64,000 nt of DNA from a virus, in IMG/VR virus record IMGVR_UViG_3300024262_000019, positions 32,001 to 96,000 of that record, one strand, 5' to 3'. A program made the translations under genes and the position numbers. Within the stretch, counting starts at the first letter, position 1. Each line of letters begins with the position of its first letter. Below are positions 39,493 through 48,415 of this stretch, piece by piece. The notes under the pieces are model-generated. The model had not been told where the DNA came from. It made no database searches and was given only the letters and a program-made list of their open reading frames with translations.

Positions 39493-40266
39493 CTACTCCT
39501 CCGTATCTGGCGGTGGCGTGGCCTCATCCTCGGGCGATGGCGTGGTCTCATCCTCTACATCTATGATGTCTGGGGCAGCTTTAGCTGCATGCATGACAAC
39601 ATTTACGGCATCGATACTAGCCCTGTCACTGAGAACCGACAGTGCATTGACCATACTGAGAACCTTGCGACGACTATCCGGATCAGCCATAACGCTTCCC
39701 ACGCCCTCGTTGTATCGATTGCCTATCTGAACGGAGGCATGGCCAGTGACGGACATCTCGCCAAGCTGGCGTTTAGCAATACCTAGATCCATCTTCAGAT
39801 CTGCGCTCTGTTTAAGAAGCTTCATCGCATAGAAGATCTCTCGACCGGTCTGAGGGAGAAGCTTTTTGATCTTCAACTCATTGGTCATCTCTATTTCGAT
39901 ACGCTTGAACTGCTTTTTATATAGCTCCTCAAGCTCCTCAAGCTCATTCAATCCGTTGGACAATCTCTTGTTAGCCTGCATAACCACAGCGGCATTCTGA
40001 CTAGTGAGAGCCAGCTCGGCTGGCGGGATGGCCCGGCGATATTCGTCTATCATCTTGCGCACATAGTTAGCGCTAAGGTGGGTAAGCTCCTGGCTTTCAT
40101 CCTGAATGAACTTAGTCAAATCAGATGCCGACCAACCCATCCTCAGGCGGCGATCTACCTCCTCGAAGCACCTGCAGTCTTTCAGTGCTGCCGCTTTCTT
40201 CTGCTCGCGGCTTACCGGACGAACTGGTGGTCTACGAGTCTTTTTATCTGCCATGAGTCGCTCCAA
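39493..40266 (-). CDS. Putative terminase small subunit
   Basis: Helical 257-aa ORF abutting the TerL start; inference from position. Confidence 0.55.
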   Translation of the reverse strand: MERLMADKKTRRPPVRPVSREQKKAAALKDCRCFEEVDRRLRMGWSASDLTKFIQDESQELTHLSANYVRKMIDEYRRAIPPAELALTSQNAAVVMQANKRLSNGLNELEELEELYKKQFKRIEIEMTNELKIKKLLPQTGREIFYAMKLLKQSADLKMDLGIAKRQLGEMSVTGHASVQIGNRYNEGVGSVMADPDSRRKVLSMVNALSVLSDRASIDAVNVVMHAAKAAPDIIDVEDETTPSPEDEATPPPDTEE

Positions 40267-40340
40267 AGATATGGTAGTTGCGACTCAGAGACTAGCCTAT
40301 TAGGGCGTTTACCTCAATAAAGCTAATTGTAGGATCTACT

Positions 40341-40363
40341 TAGCAACGCAAGCGCTTGCGCAC
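40341..40363. repeat. Dispersed 23-bp palindromic element, copy 2 (inverted)
   Basis: TAGCAACGCAAGCGCTTGCGCAC. Confidence 0.9.
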
Positions 40364-41776
40364 CTATATGATGAATTCAATTCCATCCGGGATCTTACCC
40401 TGGACAGTCTTTTGAAAATCGAAATTCTTTCCAATTGCAGAAGTCATAATCTGAGATGTTGTTTGAACGATCTTACCGATACGACCATCCTCGACGCCAT
40501 ACCCGCGCCGTAACGGCACAAGAACGCTACGAATGTAGTCCGTAGATCCTGAAACCATACCCTCTACATCCGTCTCAAGAAAAACAGTTCTAGCTATCAT
40601 GTCTGCAATATTGGGGACCGGGATACCAATCTCCATCATTACCTGGATAAGCAACGTCGCGACACCCTCGCCAAACCCATCCGTCATCTGCTTTGTGGTC
40701 ATAACCATCTCTTCACGCTCTCGCTCCGTGAAGGTTCCCATGAGCGCTATACTATCAGCGCCGACCGGCGGAGATCCATTGGATGGCTCCTCCAGTGGTC
40801 CCGAGAACTTACGACCCCAACCCTTCTTGCGCATCGCAAGATACCACTCTGCGGTAAGCGCAGAGCTAGGAAAAGACAGGCCAAATCCATATAACGCCAA
40901 GGAATCCGAAGACCTGTTGTATGCGTAATCACACAGCAATCTACTTGGTACGCCAAGTATGAAGTCGATCAGTATGGCGCGATAAATGGAATGCCTCAGC
41001 CTACTGGAAGATGTCTCCCATCGATTCGTGTCGTCTGGACCGAGCTTCGCCCAATACTCAGCGAAATTCTCAGCATTAAACGGCAGGGCCTGCAGTAAGC
41101 CAACCGTACCAAATGTCTCATCTACCAATGTTGGCGCAATCCTCAGGCGACGCCCCACCCGCTCTCTGACGGCGTCGGATATGAGTGGAACCAGATTTAC
41201 TTCTTTTGCTGAAATCGGTGGTGCTATGTCTTCGCACCCCATAGCCTTCATAGCTTCGTAGGCGGCCTGCTCCCTCCTGATAGGAGCATACTCATCATCG
41301 ACGCCATACGTGGCACCCATGGCCTCGCTGACGCTCGTATTGGCTAATGCTGGAAAGCGCAGGAGTCCACTTTTGACCTGACCGTCGAAGTTTCGGTACC
41401 TCGCCCATAGGTTTCCGCTAGCACCTCCGAGGACCCGCTCCTCAATATGCTCAATAGATGTCGTGCGGAGCCAGTCCCAGAGAATGGGTTCTGGCATATT
41501 CCACGGAGGATCAATGGTTGAACCATCGAACCTCTTCGATGGGATCATCAGTATCCCTGTCTTTTTATGATAGACAGGAGCCTGTGGGAGGGTCTCGGCT
41601 ACATACGCCGACTGCTCTGCCTTGGCTTTCTCAGCAGCCTCAGCATCACGTCTGCTAGGCTCCGGGGGCTCATGAGAGAGAGCCCCAAAAACACTACTTA
41701 GCTTCGCTATTGTTTGGTTGGGCATCGACGACGTTAACCTCTGGTAAAGTTTCAACCAGATCGGCTGCCTTGCCAA
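40364..41776 (-). CDS. PI3/4-kinase/HipA-like pseudokinase (unit 3)
   Basis: GGASG loop, RREQAAYE....G...IAPP, LIDFILG..SR (no catalytic Asp), LYGFGLSF (no Mg-binding Asp). Confidence 0.65.
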   Translation of the reverse strand: MARQPIWLKLYQRLTSSMPNQTIAKLSSVFGALSHEPPEPSRRDAEAAEKAKAEQSAYVAETLPQAPVYHKKTGILMIPSKRFDGSTIDPPWNMPEPILWDWLRTTSIEHIEERVLGGASGNLWARYRNFDGQVKSGLLRFPALANTSVSEAMGATYGVDDEYAPIRREQAAYEAMKAMGCEDIAPPISAKEVNLVPLISDAVRERVGRRLRIAPTLVDETFGTVGLLQALPFNAENFAEYWAKLGPDDTNRWETSSSRLRHSIYRAILIDFILGVPSRLLCDYAYNRSSDSLALYGFGLSFPSSALTAEWYLAMRKKGWGRKFSGPLEEPSNGSPPVGADSIALMGTFTEREREEMVMTTKQMTDGFGEGVATLLIQVMMEIGIPVPNIADMIARTVFLETDVEGMVSGSTDYIRSVLVPLRRGYGVEDGRIGKIVQTTSQIMTSAIGKNFDFQKTVQGKIPDGIEFII

Positions 41777-41993
41777 GATACTGGAACGCCGACCTTAAGT
41801 CATCTACCTCTGCGGAATACGCCGATGAATAACCTCCGACCTTATGCATGGCACTGTGCAGACCTGAGTGACCAAGATTTTTATCACCCATGGAGCCATC
41901 GCCATAGAGCGTCCTGGACTTAACTGCGCCATCCTCGTTCCACATGACACGTCGAACTCGGCCCTCATCATCGAAAACAAATACGACATTCAT
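41694..41993 (-). CDS. Small ORF preceding kinase-like unit 3
   Basis: 99 aa, same relative position as 43157-43417 and 45039-45344. Confidence 0.6.
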   Translation of the reverse strand: MNVVFVFDDEGRVRRVMWNEDGAVKSRTLYGDGSMGDKNLGHSGLHSAMHKVGGYSSAYSAEVDDLRSAFQYLGKAADLVETLPEVNVVDAQPNNSEAK

Positions 41994-41997
41994 GGTG

Positions 41998-43182
41998 TTA
42001 TTCCCCAGGCCTAACGCTTAGTTGAGAAAGTGTGCCTTCTAATCCGTGGGCGAGCATCATCTTTGCTCTTTCCTTAAGAAATTCAGCATCTTCCTTGGAA
42101 ACATTCATCTGATCTGAACCAGCCATATGCTCTCCGGCAGCAAGCCGTTTGAGCGTCTCCTTCATCCTTGGTGGATAGTTCATACCTACATCGTCTGACC
42201 TATTAGCGCGATAGTCAAGCTTCCCACCAGGAGCATAGGCTGAGACCACCGCATGACGACCCTCCTGCTCTGCCTCTTGCTTGGAATGTGCGGAGGCCAT
42301 CGAACTGTCATGATCGATCGCAACTGAGTGCGTATTTGGTCCAGCTTTGCTCACTAGAACATTGCCAGAGTGAGCATCTGTATGGCCAAAAAGCGTATGC
42401 ATTACGATGCCATGCATCCTATCCTCGTCACTTACCTTGGCCAAATCTGCCGGCGAAGCGAACTCTGCTTTGTCATGCGCACCGATGTGCTCCTGAACAT
42501 GAGCATCACCGCCGGCATGACTCGATGGCATCCGCATAGCCTTTGCCGCAGAGTCCTGATCATCTGGAGCCATACCACTGCTTAGGTGGCCATGAATCTT
42601 TGATTCGATACCAACGGGAACCATATGATGAGCACCCATGGAAGACATGACGTCATAAACCGCCTGATGCCTACGACCCCATTCGTGAGGTTCAGCGCCA
42701 GCAGACCAGTCAGCCCGATGCTCATCTGGGATATCTCCGCCACTCGGGCTCTTAGTATACCCCCAGGCAGCACCCTTGTGAGGCTTGGCAATGTATCCAG
42801 GACCATTCTCCAGATTGCCGTGAAGCACCACATTCCCAGAGCCACTCTTGTGACGAATTTTATTCTTGCCAGTAGTGACCGTACGAGCACCCTTAGCATG
42901 GTACGCACCACTGAATGCGTTTACTCTTGATGCGGCGTCCGACAGATCTGGCCTAGCCCTTGAGGCAAGACTTGGCTCAGAGTGCGGAATTTCGTTAGGG
43001 GTACTACCAGTCCACGATGACTTCTGCTGAGATGGTGCAGGCGGACCCTCGGCGACCTTCGGTTGAATCACAGTAGACTTTCTAACCGGCACAGTCTTCT
43101 GCTCTTCGTATAGGTCCCTTGGCGGATTCCTGAGCAGATCCATTGTTGATAGCCATCTAGCCATCGATAACCTCCACATCAA
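41998..43182 (-). CDS. PI3/4-kinase/HipA-like atypical kinase, likely active (unit 2)
   Basis: YIAKP Lys, RRHQAVY....G....VP, GHTDAHSGNVLV (DxHxxN), AIDHD. Confidence 0.75.
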   Translation of the reverse strand: MMWRLSMARWLSTMDLLRNPPRDLYEEQKTVPVRKSTVIQPKVAEGPPAPSQQKSSWTGSTPNEIPHSEPSLASRARPDLSDAASRVNAFSGAYHAKGARTVTTGKNKIRHKSGSGNVVLHGNLENGPGYIAKPHKGAAWGYTKSPSGGDIPDEHRADWSAGAEPHEWGRRHQAVYDVMSSMGAHHMVPVGIESKIHGHLSSGMAPDDQDSAAKAMRMPSSHAGGDAHVQEHIGAHDKAEFASPADLAKVSDEDRMHGIVMHTLFGHTDAHSGNVLVSKAGPNTHSVAIDHDSSMASAHSKQEAEQEGRHAVVSAYAPGGKLDYRANRSDDVGMNYPPRMKETLKRLAAGEHMAGSDQMNVSKEDAEFLKERAKMMLAHGLEGTLSQLSVRPGE

Positions 43183-43417
43183 CCATCGGACTCATCAACA
43201 ACCTCTGCAGGAGCAACTCCAGTGGAGATATTCCTAGGCGACTAGCACGAATTTGCATGTCCTCTAGCATGAGAGGAATAACGCCATCCCATAGCCCGGA
43301 CACTTTTATATCGCCTGCCACCTGCCAAATGTCAGCGCCCTGGGAAGACCTAAGCTCACCGTTGGCGATGTCGATCCTATTCACTCTTAGGCGCCTGGTA
43401 TCAGGAACGCTTGTCAT
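43157..43417 (-). CDS. Small partner protein, paralogue of 45039-45344
   Basis: RRLRV..ID...IWQ...SPL.....R...SP....EVID shared with 45039-45344. Confidence 0.7.
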   Translation of the reverse strand: MTSVPDTRRLRVNRIDIANGELRSSQGADIWQVAGDIKVSGLWDGVIPLMLEDMQIRASRLGISPLELLLQRLLMSPMVDVEVIDG

Positions 43418-45038
43418 CCTTGTGCTCCGATTTCATTTTTTTAACGAAAGAAAAATCCCCAACCAATGCATTCTGCATAGTCTGGTCAACGAACTCCTCT
43501 ATACCCTTCATCTCGTCCGGGACGTTGCCCTGTAAGATCTGCGCGTAGTATCTAGCAGCAAAATACGGATCTCTGGCGATGTCACCGGAGTGTGTTGCCA
43601 GCATCCACATCCTACTTAATGCACCGCACACCTGTAGGGCGCTGAGCTTCCTATCTATAAGTGCTCTCGCAAGCTCCCTAGACCTATCACCACGCATGCG
43701 CGATGCGATGTCCTGTCCAATCTCCTCAAACACCTTAATCTCTTCATCTCCGCCGCGAACGACCAGCATAGTCATAATGTCATTCCACATCAGCGCTTTA
43801 CCAGTTGCCGGGTCAGCGACGACATCCCCATATGCACCGACTCCCGACTCCATGTATCTCTTTCCGATTCTGGCTGGGCACGGAAGAGACATCTCATTTC
43901 CATATGCGATAACCGGATGACTTTCGTTGTCACAGAATGCAATGTCGCCAAAACTTCGATCGAGATTCCACACAACAAAATCAAACACAGCTAGGCGAAG
44001 AAACGATATCCTTCGATCCGGTGGCATGGTTTCCCATATCCGATTTAGGACATCTGTCCTCTCTTCGCTTCCGTTACTTTCAAAAATCGACTTGAACCAT
44101 TCCTCGCCGTCTATGGTCCACAGCTGATCTCTAACGAATTGTACCGTAGCGTAGCCTCCGAGCCTCTTACGCACATTGTCTGGATCGTCACCGGTCTCGC
44201 GGGCTACCCAGTCTACTAGCACCTCCCTCCTCTCTATCAAGGAGTCTGGGAGCACCGAAGTTAAGTCTCCATCATCGTCGAATCTACTAATCGTAGGAGG
44301 AATAACATCGTCGAGCCCACAGGACTTTGCCACCTCATATGCAGATGCCGCTCTCACTGACAGATCGCCACCCTCTTTCAGATTGACCAAATCTCCCCAT
44401 ATTGAATGGATAACAGGATCTCTTAGAGACTCAATCCATAGGTAGGCGCTAAAGGAGCCTCCGCGATGAGACTCAATGCGAGCGAGCATAGATCCGCTGC
44501 CCGGTTTGACGACTGTCATTTTGCGAACAGTGCCAGATCTGAGGTCATTAAGAAGGTCTGGCTCATCGACACCCCATAGCACTCTATCTGTTGGGAGAAC
44601 CGAAGCTATGGCTATATTTAGAGGACCGGGATCTATAACCTGCAACGCTCGGTTGCCTTTGTCATACCTTCTTCTAAGCTCAGCTGGGACCGGATCTTCC
44701 TCCTCGGCAGCTGACTTCGTCGTCTTCTTAATCCAGGCAATATCGTAATAGCGAACTGACATCCTAGTAGGCAATGGCTCAGGCTGCGCTGCGACCACAC
44801 CAGCCTGGGCTGGAGCTATGGCAGGCTGAAGCATTGGGCCATTCTTACCCTTGCTAACAGAAAGAGGTTGAATGGACGAATCCCTGCCTGTCTTAGATGC
44901 ATACTCGTCGTTTGGGTTTGCCTTCTTGACATGAAACGCCTGCTTAACGACCTGCGTTCCACCATCGGGAGATCTGCGACGAACCTTTTTTATGACTCTA
45001 ACTAGGCTCGCACCGAACTGTTCATATATATCACTCAT
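43401..45038 (-). CDS. PI3/4-kinase/HipA-like probable pseudokinase (unit 1)
   Basis: SAYEVAK.CGL.DVIPPT, RLAVFDFVVWNLDR, YGNEMSLP (no Mg-binding Asp). Confidence 0.7.
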   Translation of the reverse strand: MSDIYEQFGASLVRVIKKVRRRSPDGGTQVVKQAFHVKKANPNDEYASKTGRDSSIQPLSVSKGKNGPMLQPAIAPAQAGVVAAQPEPLPTRMSVRYYDIAWIKKTTKSAAEEEDPVPAELRRRYDKGNRALQVIDPGPLNIAIASVLPTDRVLWGVDEPDLLNDLRSGTVRKMTVVKPGSGSMLARIESHRGGSFSAYLWIESLRDPVIHSIWGDLVNLKEGGDLSVRAASAYEVAKSCGLDDVIPPTISRFDDDGDLTSVLPDSLIERREVLVDWVARETGDDPDNVRKRLGGYATVQFVRDQLWTIDGEEWFKSIFESNGSEERTDVLNRIWETMPPDRRISFLRLAVFDFVVWNLDRSFGDIAFCDNESHPVIAYGNEMSLPCPARIGKRYMESGVGAYGDVVADPATGKALMWNDIMTMLVVRGGDEEIKVFEEIGQDIASRMRGDRSRELARALIDRKLSALQVCGALSRMWMLATHSGDIARDPYFAARYYAQILQGNVPDEMKGIEEFVDQTMQNALVGDFSFVKKMKSEHKDDKRS

Positions 45039-45344
45039 CTAATCCTCTATGACCTCGGAGCGAAGGAACGGACTCCTGGAGATGCGAGCATGGAATACGG
45101 CCAATGGACTCATGTCGGCAGCAATTGATGACATGTGGTATCTAGCCGAAGACACCGGCTCAAATAGCATCACGGCAGCAACTCCGGTTCCGTATAGGCC
45201 ACCGTCCTCTGCCTGCCACACTTCACCGACTACGGAATGATCACTTCCAGTCCCAGGATCTACACTGTAAATCCTAAGCCTTCTCTCATCTCCAACGATG
45301 TCATCTGGCTGCAACTCAATTGCAGGTGATCTGTCGTCTTCCAT
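45039..45344 (-). CDS. Small partner protein, paralogue of 43157-43417
   Basis: RRLRIYSVD...VGEVWQ...SPL.....R...SP....EVIED. Confidence 0.7.
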   Translation of the reverse strand: MEDDRSPAIELQPDDIVGDERRLRIYSVDPGTGSDHSVVGEVWQAEDGGLYGTGVAAVMLFEPVSSARYHMSSIAADMSPLAVFHARISRSPFLRSEVIED

Positions 45345-45345
45345 A

Positions 45346-46122
45346 CTAGAACTCCAAACCTAAGGCCGCATCCGTGATTGCCTCTTCGATGATCTCGTTG
45401 ATGTCAACCTTCTTAGATCTTGAGGCTCTAACAATTCTCTTCATTGCCTCCCTAGTCTTATCAGACATCGCAACATAGATGTGCTCCTTGCCGCCCCAGG
45501 TGAAGACGAGGAAACTGTACTGAGCGGTATCACCGCTGTCGGACATGAACCTCTGAATGATCTTATCTAGATCTCCAACAGTCCTAGCCTCCTTGGCTTG
45601 CTTTCCAAATTCATCAGCCAGCTCAGCGGACATCGACTTCTTGATGTCGCCCTTAACCTGTTTGATCAGCTTCTGAAGCCCAGAGTCGTCTGTGTAGCCA
45701 AGCAGCTGCACAGCTTCGTCTCCATACTTCTTGGCCATCTCATTGTAAATAGCGACCATTTTGTCGGGATTCATCTTCCCGTGAAGAACATTGGACCTGA
45801 CATTCTGAAGCTTCCTAAGATCTTCCTCCTGCCACTTGTCGCCCTGGAGAACGTCCACTGGGATGCGCTTGAGACCAAGTGCCTTTGCAGCAGCAGCGCG
45901 ATGGTGGCCGCTGACTATCTCGTAGTAAGTTGAACCATCTTCTCGCTCAACATGGGCCACGGTTGGCGGGTCGATGAACCCAACCTTCTTGATCGTCTTC
46001 TTGAGGAGCGCGAACTCCTCCTCGGTCATCTCATTCGGATTCCACTCAGCGCCAACTAGTTCACCTGGGCTGACAGTGATTCTCTCGACATCCATCTTCT
46101 CGGGAGAGATGTCTGGCATCAT
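45346..46122 (-). CDS. ParB/Srx-like N-terminal domain protein
   Basis: WNPNEM....F..L...I...GF..P.......YEIVSGHHR..AA..LG...IPV. Confidence 0.85.
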   Translation of the reverse strand: MMPDISPEKMDVERITVSPGELVGAEWNPNEMTEEEFALLKKTIKKVGFIDPPTVAHVEREDGSTYYEIVSGHHRAAAAKALGLKRIPVDVLQGDKWQEEDLRKLQNVRSNVLHGKMNPDKMVAIYNEMAKKYGDEAVQLLGYTDDSGLQKLIKQVKGDIKKSMSAELADEFGKQAKEARTVGDLDKIIQRFMSDSGDTAQYSFLVFTWGGKEHIYVAMSDKTREAMKRIVRASRSKKVDINEIIEEAITDAALGLEF

Positions 46123-46334
46123 GAGTCCAAAGCCTCAGCGATGGCCATGAGCCTTTCCGCAGCCAACAAGATCTCACCTCGAAGCTGATACTGCCAAATC
46201 TCAATATTGATATCATTGGATGGCAGCTCGTCGCCCGGAATGCCGGCTTCGAGCTTCTCCTTCTGCCTACCAAGAAGAGACAATACCTGATCTATTTCAT
46301 CCCGGAGTGTGTCCGGCTGGAGACGCATGGTCAT
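46119..46334 (-). CDS. Hypothetical protein
   Basis: 71 aa, ATGA overlap with the ParB-like gene. Confidence 0.55.
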   Translation of the reverse strand: MTMRLQPDTLRDEIDQVLSLLGRQKEKLEAGIPGDELPSNDINIEIWQYQLRGEILLAAERLMAIAEALDS

Positions 46335-46372
46335 GCCGCCAGTCTAACTATCTAGCTGTAATTAGGCTACTC

Positions 46373-47143
46373 CTAAACAGTGAGACTTTCTCTTGAGTCC
46401 ACGCTATCCGGCTCATCGCGAAGATAGGCATGCCAGATCTCCTCGGTTAGAATCGTAACCCTATTCTTCTCTAGCGAATCCAAGATTTGAGATCGGTTAT
46501 GTCGGCGAAAATCCCAGCATCGCTTGCAGAGCCCATCCCCGGAATGCCTAGTTCTCTCATCGCTGCCGCTGGCACCGCATAGCCTGCAATTATCCAGATC
46601 ATAGTGAAGTGACCACTTGCGCTTCTCGGTGCGAAGATAGCTGGTTATCTCCTGCACCTGGTCAAACGTAATCATGTACTTCCTGAGCCCGTACCGCTTC
46701 CAGGTCTGTTTTATAGCGTCTCGGGCTCTCTGTATCTGCCGCCAATCATACCCAGTCTCACGCTCAATCTGGAGCCTCGTATAGGTACCCTGCGTTGGCG
46801 AGAAACCCAGCTCGTAGCATCGCCTCTCTATCGCCAGTCGATTACGTCTGATGAGCTGATCCATCAACTCGAATATGCTCAGATGGCCGACATTCTTCAT
46901 TAGGATCAGATCCTCATCCTTGGACCAAGGATAGGTAATTCTGCCAGGTCTACAGCCAGCTCGTTTACCCTTCTCGTCCCTGATGTTGAGATCGGTAGCC
47001 TTTGCCCGAACAGCCTGAACAGTCTTACCAAGGATAGCCGCTACCTCTGAGTCACGCCTAGTTCCCCAAAGCTCGCGAAGCTTACCCTCCTCATCGGCAG
47101 TCCAGCGAGACCTTTTACGTCTTGTACCGGATGATTCCCCCAT
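46373..47143 (-). CDS. Myb/SANT-like repeat DNA-binding protein with C-terminal Zn motif
   Basis: WTADEE.KL...GKT..AV..KA and WS.DED..L...R...AI..R; CRLC..H...LCKRC. Confidence 0.65.
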   Translation of the reverse strand: MGESSGTRRKRSRWTADEEGKLRELWGTRRDSEVAAILGKTVQAVRAKATDLNIRDEKGKRAGCRPGRITYPWSKDEDLILMKNVGHLSIFELMDQLIRRNRLAIERRCYELGFSPTQGTYTRLQIERETGYDWRQIQRARDAIKQTWKRYGLRKYMITFDQVQEITSYLRTEKRKWSLHYDLDNCRLCGASGSDERTRHSGDGLCKRCWDFRRHNRSQILDSLEKNRVTILTEEIWHAYLRDEPDSVDSRESLTV

Positions 47144-47203
47144 TGGTGGAGTCTAAAGGGTAATTAAAATCCATGCAAATATTTGCAATGAGTATAAACA
47201 GCT

Positions 47204-47241
47204 AAGCCCCCGGAGATACCTAAGTATCGATCCGAGGGCTT
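47204..47241 (-). terminator. Intergenic stem-loop (probable terminator)
   Basis: AAGCCC..CGGA.GATAC...GTATC..TCCG.GGGCTT inverted repeat after 47265. Confidence 0.55.
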
Positions 47242-47264
47242 ACCCTTGGTATCAAGGTCTAAGT

Positions 47265-47849
47265 CTATGCAACTTGGTCTTGATAGTTCTCAAGCATCTC
47301 AGAGATCGCAATGCTATTCCCGGCAATAACACCAAGGATAGCCTTCCAAGCCCACTGAGCCTGGAATTCCGTAGGAGCAAACGTCTCTTTCCAGAACGTA
47401 GCGATTTCCTGCTCCCTCTCCGACGCATAGGCAAGAAGAAGACCCTCTTCTGCCGTAGGCATCTGCTCGCCCATCATAAGAAGACCCTCCAGTGCCATGA
47501 TATTACACATGGCAATGTACGGACCCTTGTTACACTTCACACCCATGGTCTTCGTGGGGTCGCCAAGTTCATACGCCTCAATCCCATTGAGATGGCGACC
47601 TTCGCGCATAATGCTGAAATAAGCAGGCTTCCAGAAGGAAAGAGCCTTCTCGACCTTAGAACGAGGGATAAGCGCCTTGTTGGTCAAGGCGGCATCGCCA
47701 TTGGCCGATGCCTTGCGCTGCTCAATTATCTCCCAGAGACGTCCCAGCTCAACTGGATCCATACTCTGTCCTGCCGTCGTAGGCACCTGACTTCTTCCGA
47801 CCTGCCCAATGGGAAAGCCATCTGCTCCTAGTAATCCACTACTCATCAT
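47265..47849 (-). CDS. Hypothetical protein
   Basis: 194 aa, GGAG RBS. Confidence 0.65.
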   Translation of the reverse strand: MMSSGLLGADGFPIGQVGRSQVPTTAGQSMDPVELGRLWEIIEQRKASANGDAALTNKALIPRSKVEKALSFWKPAYFSIMREGRHLNGIEAYELGDPTKTMGVKCNKGPYIAMCNIMALEGLLMMGEQMPTAEEGLLLAYASEREQEIATFWKETFAPTEFQAQWAWKAILGVIAGNSIAISEMLENYQDQVA

Positions 47850-47857
47850 CTACTCCA

Positions 47858-48415
47858 TCAAGAGGCTTGTTTAACGTCTTTAGGCGGAGATACCCTAGAC
47901 TCGGGAGACCTCTTATCCAACCCATTCTGAATATTCTCGAACTGCCCACATCTGTAATGATCTGTAATCGTTTCTATTTTGAATTTCTTCAGGCGAGATT
48001 GAACGTCAATTGCCTCTTCTAGGCCAGCATCAACTGCATGCTCCATCGCAGAAACAACCTGATCTACGATATCTAGCCGGCGAATATGGGCAAGCCTAGC
48101 AGTACTTTCAACCAGCTGCGCCAACTGTGGATACCTTACGTTCATCTTCTCGTGATGAGCTAGCCTGCAAGCGCTTGCGCGGGTACAGATATCCATGCAA
48201 GCAGACCTGTTGCTGAGCTTATCCTCGCCGTAGACCGCTACTGCCCGACCCTGGCCGTAGCCAAGGTATCCGAAGCATTCCCACTTAGCGATTTCGCCCC
48301 TGATTCTCTTCTTATGCTTGGCAAACCCCATGCTACTTGTCGCCCTTTTGCTTCTCCTCCATAAGGCGCCATAGAAGATCGGTTCCATGAACCGGCTTAC
48401 CGGTCTTTGGGTCAA
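47858..48415 (-). CDS. Hypothetical Cys-containing protein
   Basis: CFG...C...C....AC cluster; true start probably near 48331. Confidence 0.55.
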   Translation of the reverse strand: MTQRPVSRFMEPIFYGALWRRSKRATSSMGFAKHKKRIRGEIAKWECFGYLGYGQGRAVAVYGEDKLSNRSACMDICTRASACRLAHHEKMNVRYPQLAQLVESTARLAHIRRLDIVDQVVSAMEHAVDAGLEEAIDVQSRLKKFKIETITDHYRCGQFENIQNGLDKRSPESRVSPPKDVKQAS

